A stretch of 64,000 nt of DNA, taken from the NCBI GenBank assembly GCA_013265495.1, contig MU058241.1, positions 124,001 to 188,000 of the forward strand, in the 5' to 3' direction. The stretch is from Vicugna vicugna. Its lineage: Eukaryota. The notes under the pieces were generated by a model. The model did not search any database, was not told where the DNA came from, and saw only the letters and a list, made by a program, of their open reading frames with translations. The position numbers and the translations under genes are program-made. Below are positions 12,899 through 25,500 of this stretch, in pieces. Within the stretch, counting starts at the first letter, position 1. Every line of letters begins with the position of its first letter.

Positions 12899-13349
12899 GC
12901 CTTAGTTAGTTTGCTAAGCTGCTGCACAAAATGTCAAAGACTGTGGGGCTTAAACAACAGAAATTTATGGTCTTGCAGTTCTGTAGACTGCAAGTCTGAG
13001 ATCAAGGTGTTGGCAGGGCCAGGCTCCCTCTGAAGGCACCAGGGAAGGATCTGTTCCAGGCCTCTTTCCTAGTATCTGGCAGTTCCTTGGCTTGGGGCAG
13101 CAGAACTCCCGTCTTCACAGGGCATCCTCCCTGTGTGTGCATCTGTGTGCCCAAATTTCCCTTTTTTATAAGGACACCAGTCATGCTGAATTAGTCCCCT
13201 TCCCCTGCCCCGACTACCGTATAGCCTCATCCTAACTTAACTAATTACTTCTGAAATAGACCTGTTTCCAAATAAGGTCACATTTGGAGGTCCTGGGGGT
13301 TGGGATTTCAACATAAGAATTTTGGGAGGGACAGAACTCAATCTACAAT
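12899..13349 (-). mobile_element. MLT1 (A/B/C-like) solo LTR nested in an L2 fragment
   Basis: ggcttaaacaacagaaatttat...gagatcaaggtgttggcagggcc...tttccaaataaggtcacatt. The L2 tail tgaatgaatgaa resumes at about 13373. Confidence 0.85.
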
Positions 13350-14804
13350 GCAGGCACATACTACACATACACTGAATGAATGAATCATGAAACAGGGAAA
13401 GAGCCTGCCTGGGAACCATTCTACCCTCAAGTGACCAGGTCACAGCACACATGTGATTACATCTTCTCCACGAGCTTAGGATTCTGTAAAATATCTGAGT
13501 ATATTATTTTATCTTGATTGTTTAAACACAGAATAGCAATTCCTTGAGTGACACAAATTGTGACAATGTATAAATTACATATGGTTTAATAATAGTTTAA
13601 GTATACCTGTACAATGAATTTACGAAGAACATCCAGCTATACCTATAGAGTGGTTTCTGATGTGACCTGCTGGTTCCTGGGCTGAACTTGCAAGTTTGGA
13701 CCTTGGGCGCACTGCTGCCCAAGGTCTGAAAACCCACTACTCTAAAGTGGAAATTCAGAAAATGGCCCCATGCCATGTGTGTGCCCCTCTGCTGCACACT
13801 CTCAGACGCTCCTCTCATTTGGCTTCTAGCATTGCCTGGAGTATCTGTTGTCTTCTGACCTGTTCTGTCTTCTTTTTCATCCTATACTTATGCATCCCTG
13901 AATGGTCACTGACTTGTATCACAGGAGATAAACTTAGATAAACTCATTGCAGAATTTTTAGGCATTTCACAGGTAATCTCTCAAAAGTTAGAATTTTAAC
14001 AGAGAGGAACTTTATGTCATGTTTATAGAAACGTCAACACCTGCACCTCTACTGTGCTAGCTGCTTTCGTCCCTAATTGCTATTGTACAGATCTGTGCAG
14101 TGCTGGAACTTCGGGAGTTGCAGAAAAATAAGCACCACAAGAGGAAGGAGCCATGCCTGATTTTTTTTTTTCCGACTGTATTCCCAGTTCCTGAATAGCA
14201 CCTGACACATATTTGTTTTCTTACTGAGATTCCTTTCCTGCTGGGAGCCTAAGTGCTACTCACTTAGTCTTCAGCAGAATGATTGAAACTAATGTGGGGC
14301 CCTTGTGGGAGGCATTTTATGTACTTCTGTACTTCAGGCTGCCAGCTGCAAACTGCTGGGAAGATGTTCCTCCATTATTTAAAATACTTTCCTCAACATA
14401 CTATTTTCTGTGTCTGGAACACTCTCACTTTTAAGACAACGACATTATCTATTGAGAGCTTCACATTCAGGCGGGACTTTCTTTAAAACATTTCAAATAT
14501 GGGTTTCTCCCACATGAAACACACTAAAACATCAGTGGCCAGTGACTGGGCCAGGGAGTGGAAGAAAGAGGACTCAAACCAAGCTTTCCAACACTAAGCT
14601 CAGTGTTCTTTCCAGGAAGATATCCAAATGATTGTTTTAAAGAGACAAACAAGGGGATGAAGAATGCACAGCTTTTACAGTTCATAGACTTAAAACTGGG
14701 AGCAATGTGTCCCAGTCACTTCATTCTATCGGTGGGGAAACAGAGGCCCCAAGATTCCCCCAGAGGGTCACAATATAGTAATGGGAAAAGAGTATTTAGA
14801 ACAC

Positions 14805-15133
14805 ATCTAATAGAAATATAACACCAGCCTCAGAAGCCAGCCATATTTATACTTCTGATTTTCTAGCAGTGCCATTACAAAAAGTAGTAAGTAACAGATG
14901 AAATTAATTTTAATAATATATGTAACCAATCTAATACATCAAAAATATTATCATTTTAGCATGTAATGAATATATAAATTATTAATGGGTAGTTTTCATT
15001 CTTTTTTTCATACCAAGTCCTTGAAATCCTGTGTGTATTTTATGCTTGCAGCACACCTCAATTTAGGCTAGCCACGTTTCAAGGGTTCAGTAGCTGCATG
15101 CGGACAGTGGCTGCCCTCGTGGACGGCACAGTT
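14805..15133. mobile_element. MER33/MER3-type hAT-Charlie element
   Basis: gaaattaattttaataatata...gcacacctcaatttaggctagccacgtttcaag...gtggctgccctcgtggacggcacag. Confidence 0.8.
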
Positions 15134-16749
15134 CCAGGAGAGCCCTTAAGCCCTAGTCTAATCTTCTTCTCAGCAACCACACCCTGTCTCTCAGACTTAC
15201 ACACCATCAGAACTTGCACAGTATTAATCATAAAAAGCTGGCACTTAGTTGAATTACTGCAGGTTGAAGACGGCTGGGGTAGCAAGCAGCTGGGATATAC
15301 ACTTTATTTGTGGAAGATGTTTTAAATTTTAACTCCTGTCCAAGAAATGCAAATTAGTAATAAAAACTAGATTATAAATTCCACAGTGGGACATAGTATT
15401 TAAAATATTTGTGTTCTGAAGATAAAGGTGACTAATACACTTTTGACGCAATGCTTACAGTATTTCTGATTTTCATTCTTTGAATTATTTTCAGTTATGG
15501 TAACATTCCATGAGAACTCTCCCCCAACTCCCAGGCTCCTTCACCCCTTCCCACCCCAAGGAGCAGCACATGGGCTCTTTACAATGTCATGGCAGAGGAG
15601 CTGGAACCCTCCCCTCCGTATTTAAATCCTTTCTAATAGTATTGGTCAGTCTTTGTACAATCTGCTCAGCAGAACAACAATTCTGGGATGTGGTTAATAG
15701 TTTCCTAATCACATCAGTTATGCTGGGGTTTGGCTGCACGGGACAAAGCTGCAGCAACTCCACCTTCTCACGAGCATCCCAGGTTGTCTCCCTCCTCTCT
15801 CTTGCCTTCAGCTTGTACCCTGAGTCCTCATGCTCATTGCCTCGTATTTACAAGATAGTATCCCCAAATGTGTATGGCCTAGGTTCAAATAAAACAGGAG
15901 CGAGGGAAGATGCTTGGAGCAAAAAGCTAAAACGTTCCCTGAAACCTCCAGCAGTGTCCTACTTAGGTCTCATCAGCTAGAACCATATCCCACAGCTAGC
16001 TGCAGCTTCAAGGGAGGCCGGGAAAGTGCATATTTCAACAAAGCACATTATGGCGGTAACTAAGTCCCCATTCTCTTCATGAGAATGAAGGAGGAAACAA
16101 AATCTGGGATGCTCAGTGTAGGCCACAGGAAGGTAAAGCTTTCTGAGACCCACTTATTTGAGATTCTGCTTAGTGCACGTCAAATGGGGGGACATTAATC
16201 TCTTTTTTCTCCCTATAAATTCTCATTTTTCATGGAGGAACTTGAACTATTGTTCTGGAAAATATACTTTGGGCGAAACTGTAACGGTAATTCTGGGAAA
16301 GCCACGTGTGCATTTACAGAGCCGAATAAGGGGTCTGTGGAAGACCCTGGTGTATGGTGAATCCTAACGTCTCTCTGTCGAGTTTCTCCTGTGTCCGTTC
16401 CTACCTTCCCAGCCCCTCTTGGTATACACACTTGGTCTTACAGCCTCTCTCTGGGCCATCTACGAGCCTCCGAGGAAAGATTTTGCTTTTCCCACGAAAC
16501 GAGTGGCCGTCGTAGACCATGACACCCGCCCCCTCACCTCTGCCAGGGCAGACACGAGGCCTGGAGTGACACCACCGTGCGGTGAAAACGCGAGCCCGTC
16601 CCTGAGCATTCCAGAACCACCGCCATTCCACCTACGCCTGCCGCCGCCCGTCTCCAGATTCCTGTTATGTGCGAAGCAGTAAGTCTCTCTTACCTTCATA
16701 TGAAAGCTGTCTCCTCGATACCAAGGTGCCATTCGCCCGTCCACCCGCG

Positions 16750-17025
16750 ACTCGGCACTCGGGCCGCCTCAGGCAGCTGGGACACTGCCGCCGCTGCCGC
16801 CGCCGCAGCCGCCGCCGCAGCCAAGTGCCTCCGCCCCTCCCCCCCTCCGCGACCACGGCTGCTGTTTCCGGTTCCGGTTCAAGACGGCGGCGATTGGGGA
16901 GGCCGCGGCTGAGGAGGCCGCGGCTGAGGAGACGTCCCCTCTGCCACCACACGGGGAGAACTTTCTCTGAACAAACCCTCAAACCGACTGAGCGGCTCCT
17001 ACCAGAGAAGACCCACAGCGGAGCA
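16750..17025 (+). other. Probable first (5'UTR) exon of a + strand transcript
   Basis: GC-rich segment with a GCC tract, ending at the donor CAG|GTGGGA (GT at 17026). An alternative upstream donor GCA|GTAAGT lies at 16679. The start is approximate. Confidence 0.55.
16787..16822 (+). repeat. Interrupted GCC trinucleotide tract (12 GCN triplets)
   Basis: (GCC)2 GCT (GCC)3 GCA (GCC)3 GCA GCC read directly. Confidence 0.95.
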
Positions 17026-17253
17026 GGTGGGAGAGGCTGGGACATCGTCTACCGGGAGAGGCTACCCTCGCCCGGCCACCCCTGGGGCGAACTTTAAACC
17101 CGGATCTGCCGCCTGAGGAGGGAAGGGTTGGAACCTTACACAGGGCGCCCCAGCCTTGAGGACGTGCACCGGGGTAGGGAGCCCCGAGACGTCTCAATAC
17201 CAGTGGGGCTCGCATCCATGAGATTCGAAAGAACCAACTCTTAAAGGACTCAC

Positions 17254-17350
17254 CTCAGACTCCAGCCCCAGGGCCCCGCCCGGGAGAAGCCTCCAGAGGC
17301 GCGAGGGGCGCTGGGGACTCGGTGTGAGGGACGCTCATTAGGTGTCTCGG
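17254..17350 (-). other. Probable first exon of a - strand transcript
   Basis: Consensus donor GAG|GTGAGT on the - strand (plus-strand ACTCAC at 17248-17253) inside the CpG island. The TSS is approximate. Confidence 0.45.
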
Positions 17351-18034
17351 AGCGTGGTCCTGAGGGGCAGGAATCAGGTTTGACACACGTCTGGGAGCCT
17401 GCTGGGGTTTTCTCTGGGGATGGAGGCCCACAGATGCCATCTTCCTTCTTTTTTTTTTTTTTTTTTTCCAAGATCAAGACCCAGCGCTTTCCACAGTAGA
17501 ATCTTAGATCTACCGAGGAATGGGCTCAGGAAATTGTGCTGGTGCGCCTTGCCTCATAGACAGTATTTCCGGGAAGGGTCATGGGCAACTGTCAACATTA
17601 GCCTCCCGCTTGTGCCTTGGTTCCTGATTAGCCCTGTCTTTCACTTGACAGCCTGCAGACCTACCCTGATCCGCAGCCAACTCCTTTCCCAGGGGGTGAG
17701 GTGGACTCTCTTTCCCCAGCTGCTGCCTGGAATCTTGCCCCAAGCTGAATGGACCATTTGAAAGGACAATACTGCCATCTGTTTGACTCCAAACAGTTCT
17801 TTAGCAGCCTCAGCCATTTGCAGGTTTGGGTCACCTTTGATCTCTGATACATATATGTTTATTTCAGAAGGACCCTATAATTACCATGTGCCTTTGGATG
17901 CTGAAATTTGCACTGGTGGCCATCCTGGTACAAGGTGAACCAGTCTCCAGACCTAGACTAAGTCCTAACCCTTCTTTTCCCACCAAGATTCCAGAAGTGG
18001 GTTTTGAAAATTCTCTCATTGTTTTCTGGGAAAT

Positions 18035-18578
18035 GGTATGGCTCAGCCAGCATCCAAGGTGGTGCCCAATGGGTCTTCTGTCCTGATAGTCATATCCTTG
18101 TGCAGTTCCCGCCACATTAATGAGAGCTGGCCAGTGATAACTGATAGACTATTATGGACCTGATGGGGTGTGACTTCAAGAGATAGGTCATAAATGGCAT
18201 TGTCCCTTGTGCCTTGCTCTTTTTTGAATCACCTGTTCTGTGGAAAGCCAGTTGTCATAACATGAAGACAGTTAAGCATCCCTTTGGAGATGTGTGAAGA
18301 ACTGAGGCCTCCTTACAACCAGCTAGTACCACGTTGCCAGCTCTGTCCACACTCCATCTTGGAACTGGATCCTCCTCCAGTCCCAGTCAAGCCTTCAGAT
18401 GACTGCAGCCCTGGCCGACCTCTTCACCGCAGTCTCACCTGAGACTCTGAGCCAGAACCACCAAGATAAGCTGCTTCCAAATTCCTGACCCATAGAAACT
18501 GAGAGGTAATGGTCATTGTTGTTTTAGACTGCCAAGTTTCGGTGCATGCAATTTGTTACACAGAAAGAGTTAGCATAC
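18035..18578 (+). mobile_element. MLT1 (F-like) solo LTR
   Basis: ccagtcaagccttcagatgactgcagccctggcc...aattcctgacccatagaaact...aatttgttacacag. Confidence 0.85.
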
Positions 18579-20239
18579 GTAATAGTTCAGGGCCCAGCCA
18601 TGGCTACTAGGAAGTCTTGCAAAGTCCTCTGCCTTTTTGCTAGACTATTATAATGTTTGTGCTACAAAAGTGCCCATATAATGTTTTCCATTTGGGACAT
18701 GAATAAATGCTTTTTAGTACTAAATCAGTACTTTTAAAATATCATAGTACTTTTCAGTATTAATTTGGAGAAATCGTGTGAGAATGCAAAGAAAAAAGGT
18801 AAAATATTTAAAACCGTAACTGATATAAAAAATGTAATAGAACTTTAAAAAATCGAGAATGTCAGCACAAGGAGCTGAACATTTCCCTACCGAGTTTATC
18901 TGAGACCCTGCATGGATGCAGTAGGCTGCTGGAATTGAGTATTACATCTCCTTCATCCTGCTCTTTACCTTTTGTAGGTGAGATTTCTTTCCTTTACACT
19001 TGCAAAGGTATAATGTGAGATGAGAAATTGTATGTTTCATCTGCAAACACTGAAGGATTCGTAGGGGGATAATATATGTGGCAGAGGTAGTCAGCAGTCC
19101 AGGCTGGCTCCTTGGGTCCCGAACACGTCATTAATTTTCTGCACCTGTGTTCTCCTTTGTAAGCTGGGAAGTAGAAGTTTCTTGTGAGGGTTCGATGAGC
19201 TATTTCACTGGAGCCTCTTCCATTCTGTTTTTTTTGTGTGTGTGTGATTGTGATATATAATTAAATTGCATTATTAAACACAAACAGGGCTATAAGGGGC
19301 AGGTCAAACAGCGTATGTTAAATGCAAATAGAAACTGAGCCGATGAACCTCAGCTGATACTTAACCTAATCCAATCACAAATGAGGTGGCCAGCACATTC
19401 ACTTGGTATGATTAAAACAAAAATGGGGTCATTTGATACACCAGTATTACTCTAAATTTTTACCTAGTACAATTAGCACAAAATGTTTTTTCTTATGACT
19501 ATCGACTGTTGTTACAAACATAATGAATTGCTCCTGAGATAGACAAAGCTTAAGAGAAGTATAATCTTTCTTGTCATCCCTGAGATGAAAAAGTAAAGAA
19601 ACTGTGTTACTCAGAACGGTTTTACATACACACAATTTTGAAAATGCAAAGCCTTCATACATTGGCTTTCTTTTTCTTTCTATTGATGACAACGTAACAA
19701 TGTAATGTTAACCCCTAATGAGCATCACTAAGGTTCATCTTCTTAACTTTTGAAGATGTAGGACAAAAACAGCGTTAAGACTGACTGGAAACTCTTGACA
19801 GAACATTGGGACTTGATGGCCGTAACTCTCATGGTTATCCCATTGGGTGGAATTCATACCAATAAACAAAAGGAAAATCTTTCCATTTTCATCTTTGGAA
19901 TCTGAAAATTAGGTTTCATTTACAAGTTGATTTGTCCTGATTACTTAGAATTTTCTGATAGAGATCAGGAGCAGAAGCCCTTCTTTTTTTTTTTTTTTAA
20001 ATGGAAAGAAACTATTTTTATAGCTCCTTAAAATTGTAAATACAGCAAATCTTCCCACATGAATCTACACATTCCATGTAACTGTTTTGAAATACCAGCT
20101 GAAGGCTTGAGTGATCTTCACTTCATTCTAAGACGTCTAGATGCCATTGTGTCTGAAACTGCCGAGTCTGGTTTGAAAGAGAAGAGCTCAGGGCTGGTGG
20201 TGGTGGCCGCCGTTGGGTGGAGCCATCTGGAAAGGCAGT

Positions 20240-20722
20240 GGATTCCTTTTCACGGCCGTGTAACAAATTGGTGCAGTTGCCGGGACTCAGAGCGATTTGC
20301 TATCGTCGAGTCCCGGGGGTCAGAAGTCTGGCATGGTGTTGCTGGGGTCTCTACTTGGGGGGTTTCTCAGCACAAGTGTCAGCTGCTGCCTCCTCTCTGG
20401 GAGCCCAGGGGAGAAGACACTTCCGCGCTCACTCATGGTGTCGGCCACGTTCAGTTCCTTGAGGATGTAGGACTGAGGATCCCATTTCCTGACTGGTGTC
20501 AGGCTGCGGCTGCTCTTGGCTCCTAAAAGCCCCCTGTGCTCCTTGCCAGATGGGCCTGCCGTCTTCAGAACCCACAGTAGAAAGTCTCCCTTACACCTGA
20601 TCCTCACGTTTGGAATTACAGTAGTGATGTCCCGCCGAGGACACTAGCGGAGGGGATTATTTACACACAGCAGGTGCACGGGTGGGCTCTTGGGACCATC
20701 TTAGAGTTCCATCCAGCACGCC
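20240..20722 (-). mobile_element. MLT1 (E-like) solo LTR
   Basis: ttcagttccttgaggatgtaggactgagg core and gggaccatcttagagttc end. Confidence 0.7.
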
Positions 20723-21984
20723 ATGATAATAAAAACAGAGCAGAGACCTTGAAACCTCACCCTTTGTGTAAGGACACACAGCACCCTACGGAGGTAGGGG
20801 TGCAGACCAGAGGGGGTCGGATACTTCATCTAATTTCCAGTGTAGGAAAAGCTGACTATTAGACTGATTTCCTAGCGCCTCACACCACACACACACGGTG
20901 GGGCTAGGTGGGTTAAATATAAACGGATTAAATACCCTGTGTGAGGGGTGAAACTACACATGAATTGAAACAAAGTACAGCACAGCCTTACGCCCCCGGG
21001 ATGGGGTGGGACCAGAAGCCCTTCTGAAGCCCCTGCTTAGCTGTCCCCCCAGGGAACCTGCCTCCCTGCTAATCTTCTGTTTGGGCCCTGCAGATGCAGG
21101 CCACATTTTAATAAGGATGTTAAAGATGTTTGCCAAGCAGCCAGACAGCCGGAAGACCGCTGGCAGGTTCATGGTGTCATTTTACTGAAAACACAGTGGC
21201 AGTTTTTTGGAATACATTTACATAAGAGGAAAGGCTTAAAGGGAGAGAGAAAGGCAATTTGCTTGTGAGGGTTTTGATCCTGTCAGGCATCCTGAAAGCC
21301 TTTAATGATGAATTGTTCTTTGCTCACACCCAGTGGGGCTGGGTCTTGTCTGCAGACAGGAAATTGGGGTGTTGGGGTGTGATGTCCTTCCTCTCCTCGA
21401 CCTTTCCCTTCTCACCCACACCTGGGCCCTACCTGGGCACCTTCCTCCCCTCCCAGAGGATCTAGTTCCTGCTGCAAAGAGCAGACAGGTGGAGGGGGAG
21501 AGGAGGTCCTGGTCTGCTGCTCTCCGAGCTGATCTAATTGTTACTGTTTCCCTATGTTCTGCTTGTGTCACCATTTTCTCATTTTGGCCCAAGGGATCTT
21601 TTTTCCAGGAGCAAACCTAGGAATTCATGAAGTCTGGTTCTGTTATGCTAATTATGGTCAGCATGTTAGTGAAAGGTTAATATGGGAGATACAGTGACCA
21701 CTGCCTCCCTCTGACTCAGTCTCCAGTTACGTAAAGCTTCCTTGTGCCTTAGAGGAGCTTGAGGCCAGGCCTTTGTCACTGGGATGAGAGACACATGATG
21801 GACACTGTGAACTGGTGACAGAAGAGTACTGGTGGCCCAGGTTCAAAGTCTTGGTCTTGAGAGTGTCGTTGCCTGAGCTCACAATTGAAAAAAAAATAAT
21901 CTGTGCCTTGAAAGAGGCCCTTAACATCTGCAGCTTATGCAATCTGTTAGTTGTTGAAAAGACTAACTTTACTACTTTAATCTG

Positions 21985-22555
21985 TGAGTGTACATGCACA
22001 TGCTTGCGTGTGCATGGGTTTGTATGTGTGTGTATGATTGTGTGTACTTAAAAGATAAACTGAGGCATGGTGACAATTTTAAGAGTTTATCTGAGCGAAA
22101 GTTGATTTGAATCTGGCATGCCAAAGCAGAAGTGGTTACAGCCCTCCACCAACAGGAGCTCTGGGGACAGAATTTGATAGAGAAAAAGTGGAAGCAAAGC
22201 AAGAAAATTATTGATTGGCTGTAGCTTCAAACCTAGTGGGCTTTTTGGGATTGGTTGTCCTTATGTTTCAATTTGATAACCTTGAGGCATTTACAGGCTT
22301 AGAGTTTGCTGGCATTGGCCTCTGCTGCATTAGAGCCACCTCAGTTTAATGGACTCCTTGTTTAATTAACTTAGCAGTGCACTGTGTACCGGTGTGTGCA
22401 TGGATATGGGTGCAGGTGCACATGTGTGTGCATGCATGTGTATTTACAGGTTTGTGTGTATGTGTGTTCTTATGTGCCTGTGTGTGTGCACGTGTGTGCA
22501 TGCAGATGTGTATGTGTGGTGCATCTGTGTGTGTGCATTTATGTTTGTCTGCTGC
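21985..22555. repeat. Degenerate (TG)/(TGCA)-rich tract split by an LTR-like insert
   Basis: TG-rich sequence at 21985-22045 and 22376-22555. Confidence 0.85.
22048..22376. mobile_element. Probable ERV solo LTR (about 330 bp)
   Basis: ttaaaagataaactgaggca start and ttaattaacttagca end, with CCAAT-like and TATA-like motifs on the - strand. Abrupt compositional boundaries. Confidence 0.55.
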
Positions 22556-25500
22556 ACACAACCCATGATAACCTCTACTGTACTTTAGTCTTTATTTTCC
22601 TACCACTGCCACTTGCCCTCATGTTTGTATGCAATCAGAAATGATTTTGAGGCCCCAAATACTAGGCTGCAGCTTCACGAAATTAATGGGTCAGGAGGAA
22701 CAGACTGATTATGGAAGAGAGAGGTTATTTAAACATAACTCCCGGCAATCAGAGACAGTGGGAAGGAACGAGAGCAGCAGTCCTGGGAGCAGGCGCATTC
22801 CTGTTGTAGATGGGAGGGTGTCTGTTGCCTGGAGACTAGGGTGAAGGGCTCAGGTAGCAGATGTTCTGGAGCTCCTGTAAAGGGCATCAGCTTCCAGGCC
22901 TGAGGTGGCAGCTGAGCTGTGCAGGTCTCCATGCCATGCCTCGTTTCAGGTTGCTGTTTAGACTGGAGACAACAAAGACCAACTGATGATTTGAGACATT
23001 TGTTTTTCCACTGTTTCCCTTTCTTTCTTTTCCTTTCATTTTTCCTTTCCCTTTCCTCTCCTCCCCCTTCCACTTCTCTCTCTCCCTTAAAAAAAAGTCA
23101 AATGGTTATAAAATCACTTTTCTTCCTAGGCAACCCTCACACGACTGGATGAAAAATCTGGCACAGCATTTATCTTGATACATAACCATGTTTTTCCTGT
23201 AGACATAACATTTACTCTTTAAGCTTTTCTTATATTTACTCCCATGTATTTTTCCTATTTCCTACCAAGTCTTCTTAAACGTAAAAGCATAGCATGCCCT
23301 TTACTTCCGCTTAGTATCATCTGGACCAAGGAGGCTCTAACCTGCACATCCGGCTGGGATGGAGGCACAGAAACACAACTGCTGCACTGGGATGCTTTAA
23401 GGAGTGACAGATCCCTGATTTACTGGAGCTGGCCATGCTGCACAAGGCATATTGCAGGCTGGTCAAGGTGAGAATAAAGCCACCATGTTTCTTGGGTGCT
23501 TTGCACATCAGGCAGTCTCGGTACTTTGCCCACATTGTCACACGCCCCCCTTGACCCTCAATGATGCCCTTTCTCAGCTTCTCTCCATTCACTGGGAGAA
23601 GGTAAGACACTTCCTCTAGACCACACAGTAATGGGTAAGCTGTGATTCTAACCTGGCCGTCTGCCTCCCATCCAGTCTAAGATGTGCAGCAACGGGACAG
23701 GTATTAAAGGAAACATGCAACAACAAAACACTTGTGGAAAAAAAAATGAGGGAGCACGAATCAAGAGGCAGCATCGGGATCTCAGATCTTCCCTGTGGCT
23801 TATTTAGTTAAACTCTAGGTGGTTCTAGTAGTATGGGAAAGGGAGCAGCTGGATAGAAATGTGCACTCTTGGGGGGCCCCCTTGGGACCTGCTGAATCAG
23901 GTGAGGCCACCCTTGGTGTCTGAACGAGCCCCCCCGGGGGGCTTGCTGATTCTTATTGGTGATAAAGTTTGGGACCCACGGCTCCAAGGTGAACTCTCTA
24001 CCCATTATAGGTTCTGAGGTCGCTTCCTTTCCTCCTACAACATGACCTCAAGCTGGGATCAAGGAGGGACTGAACAGGAGGGAGAACATAGGTGCTTACA
24101 GGAGAGGGGAGGGCATGTGACAGTATTTAGGTTGCTCCGCGTGTGGTCATCAGTGTTTCAGTTCTCCACCATCGGGGGAAGGCTTGCAGTGGGTTATAAT
24201 TATTTATGATAAGCACCTTTCCTTCGAGAGAGTCAAAGCTTTGAAGATTCTATAGTGAAGGAGCTGATTTTTAAAAATTCTACTACAAACTCCAGATTCT
24301 TCCTGTCCTCCCTAGCTTGTATCACCTCCACTGACTTGGCAAGGTCCTCGCCCCTGGAGGCCGATATGAGAATTAGATGCTAAACCAGGAGGCCAGGAGG
24401 CAGGGATCTTGGGTTCTCTCTTTTACTCCAGGGCCTCTTACTTGCTTTAATTTCAGCAGTGGCCTCAGGCACGTTAGTGCAGAGACCCCATGTGTTAACT
24501 TCAAAATGACCCAAAGCTGCTGGCATTACATGACTTTTCTTATTAGGCTGTTCCACAGTCTAGTGGATTTCATGATTAGAAAGTAATTTCATTCCCTAAA
24601 GCATCTTGAAGACCATGCTACATTGAGAGAACATCGTTTCAGTTGCTGCTGCCTCACCAGCTGAGAGTTAAGAAAACAAAAGAAACAATTTCATGTGATA
24701 ATATTAGCAAATAAGTCTTCTATAAGCCCCGTCTCCACGCTTTTTGAATTGCATTATCTCTTCCTCGTATTGTTGACTTGCTTGCATAAAGGATTTTGCT
24801 GTACAAAGCAGGGGAAATTATTTCACACTTGCTTTGATCAGAAATCTGTTGAGATGGTTAAACCATTCAGTATATTCAAATGTGATTAGCTTTGCTAAGA
24901 GTGGGGAAAGATGATCAAATTATTAGCATAAATCAAGAGGCCTTAGTGCTGTGTTGAATATTTTCAGATGGATTTAAAAAGTAATTTAGATTTAAGAAAG
25001 TCCGAGATGCTGGAAATCTAAATCATGCCTGTTGTCATTATTTTAGCAATATTTTAATACTGTGTCTCTTATGTGTCATTGGACATCTAGATTATATAAA
25101 GCCAGAAAGGTCACCATGACAACCATCTGTGCATCAATTCACTGTTATGAGTTAATTTGGATTAGGATCTTGGCTAAATTGTGAACTGTTTGGTCTTTGT
25201 TTTCAGAAAACCATTTGGTGGTGTTTTGCATTACTTCCAGTTTCTGGATTTGGGCAGCTAGTGTTGCCTTTTCCTCCTCCCATGAAGAGGAGTAATCACT
25301 TCATACTAGAATTTATGTAATAGGAATTGTCTTATACCTTTGTGTGTGAGAGGTGGTGCTCATGGTGTATCCACTACTTAATGATAATAAAATACTTGTT
25401 TTTTAAAATACCTTGCAGCATTGGGGATTTTATTTAGTGATTATATCAAGTAGTTACTCATTAATGTATGGCATTATGGAAACTTGCAGAAGTGAAAGAT

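Larger units (their letters stand above)
16450..17400. promoter_or_regulatory. CpG island, probable bidirectional promoter
   Basis: Sharp rise in GC and CpG density against CpG-depleted flanks. Tandem ETS-like TTCCGGTTCCGG at 16866-16877, YY1-like CAAGACGGCGGC at 16880-16891, inverted CCAAT at 16893-16897, GC box CCCCGCCC near 17274-17281. Confidence 0.9.

Noticed and set aside
16665..17097. Long ORFs (126-142 aa) and a poly-Ala ORF across the CpG island
   Set aside because: Stop-poor GC-rich sequence gives ORFs in several frames. The Arg/Ala runs come from the GCC tract, and the frames cross predicted splice donors.
22346..22644. Cys/Val/His-rich ORFs
   Set aside because: Translation of a TG-rich simple repeat. 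The same applies to the ORFs at 55619-56036 over the TCCA/TCTA tract.
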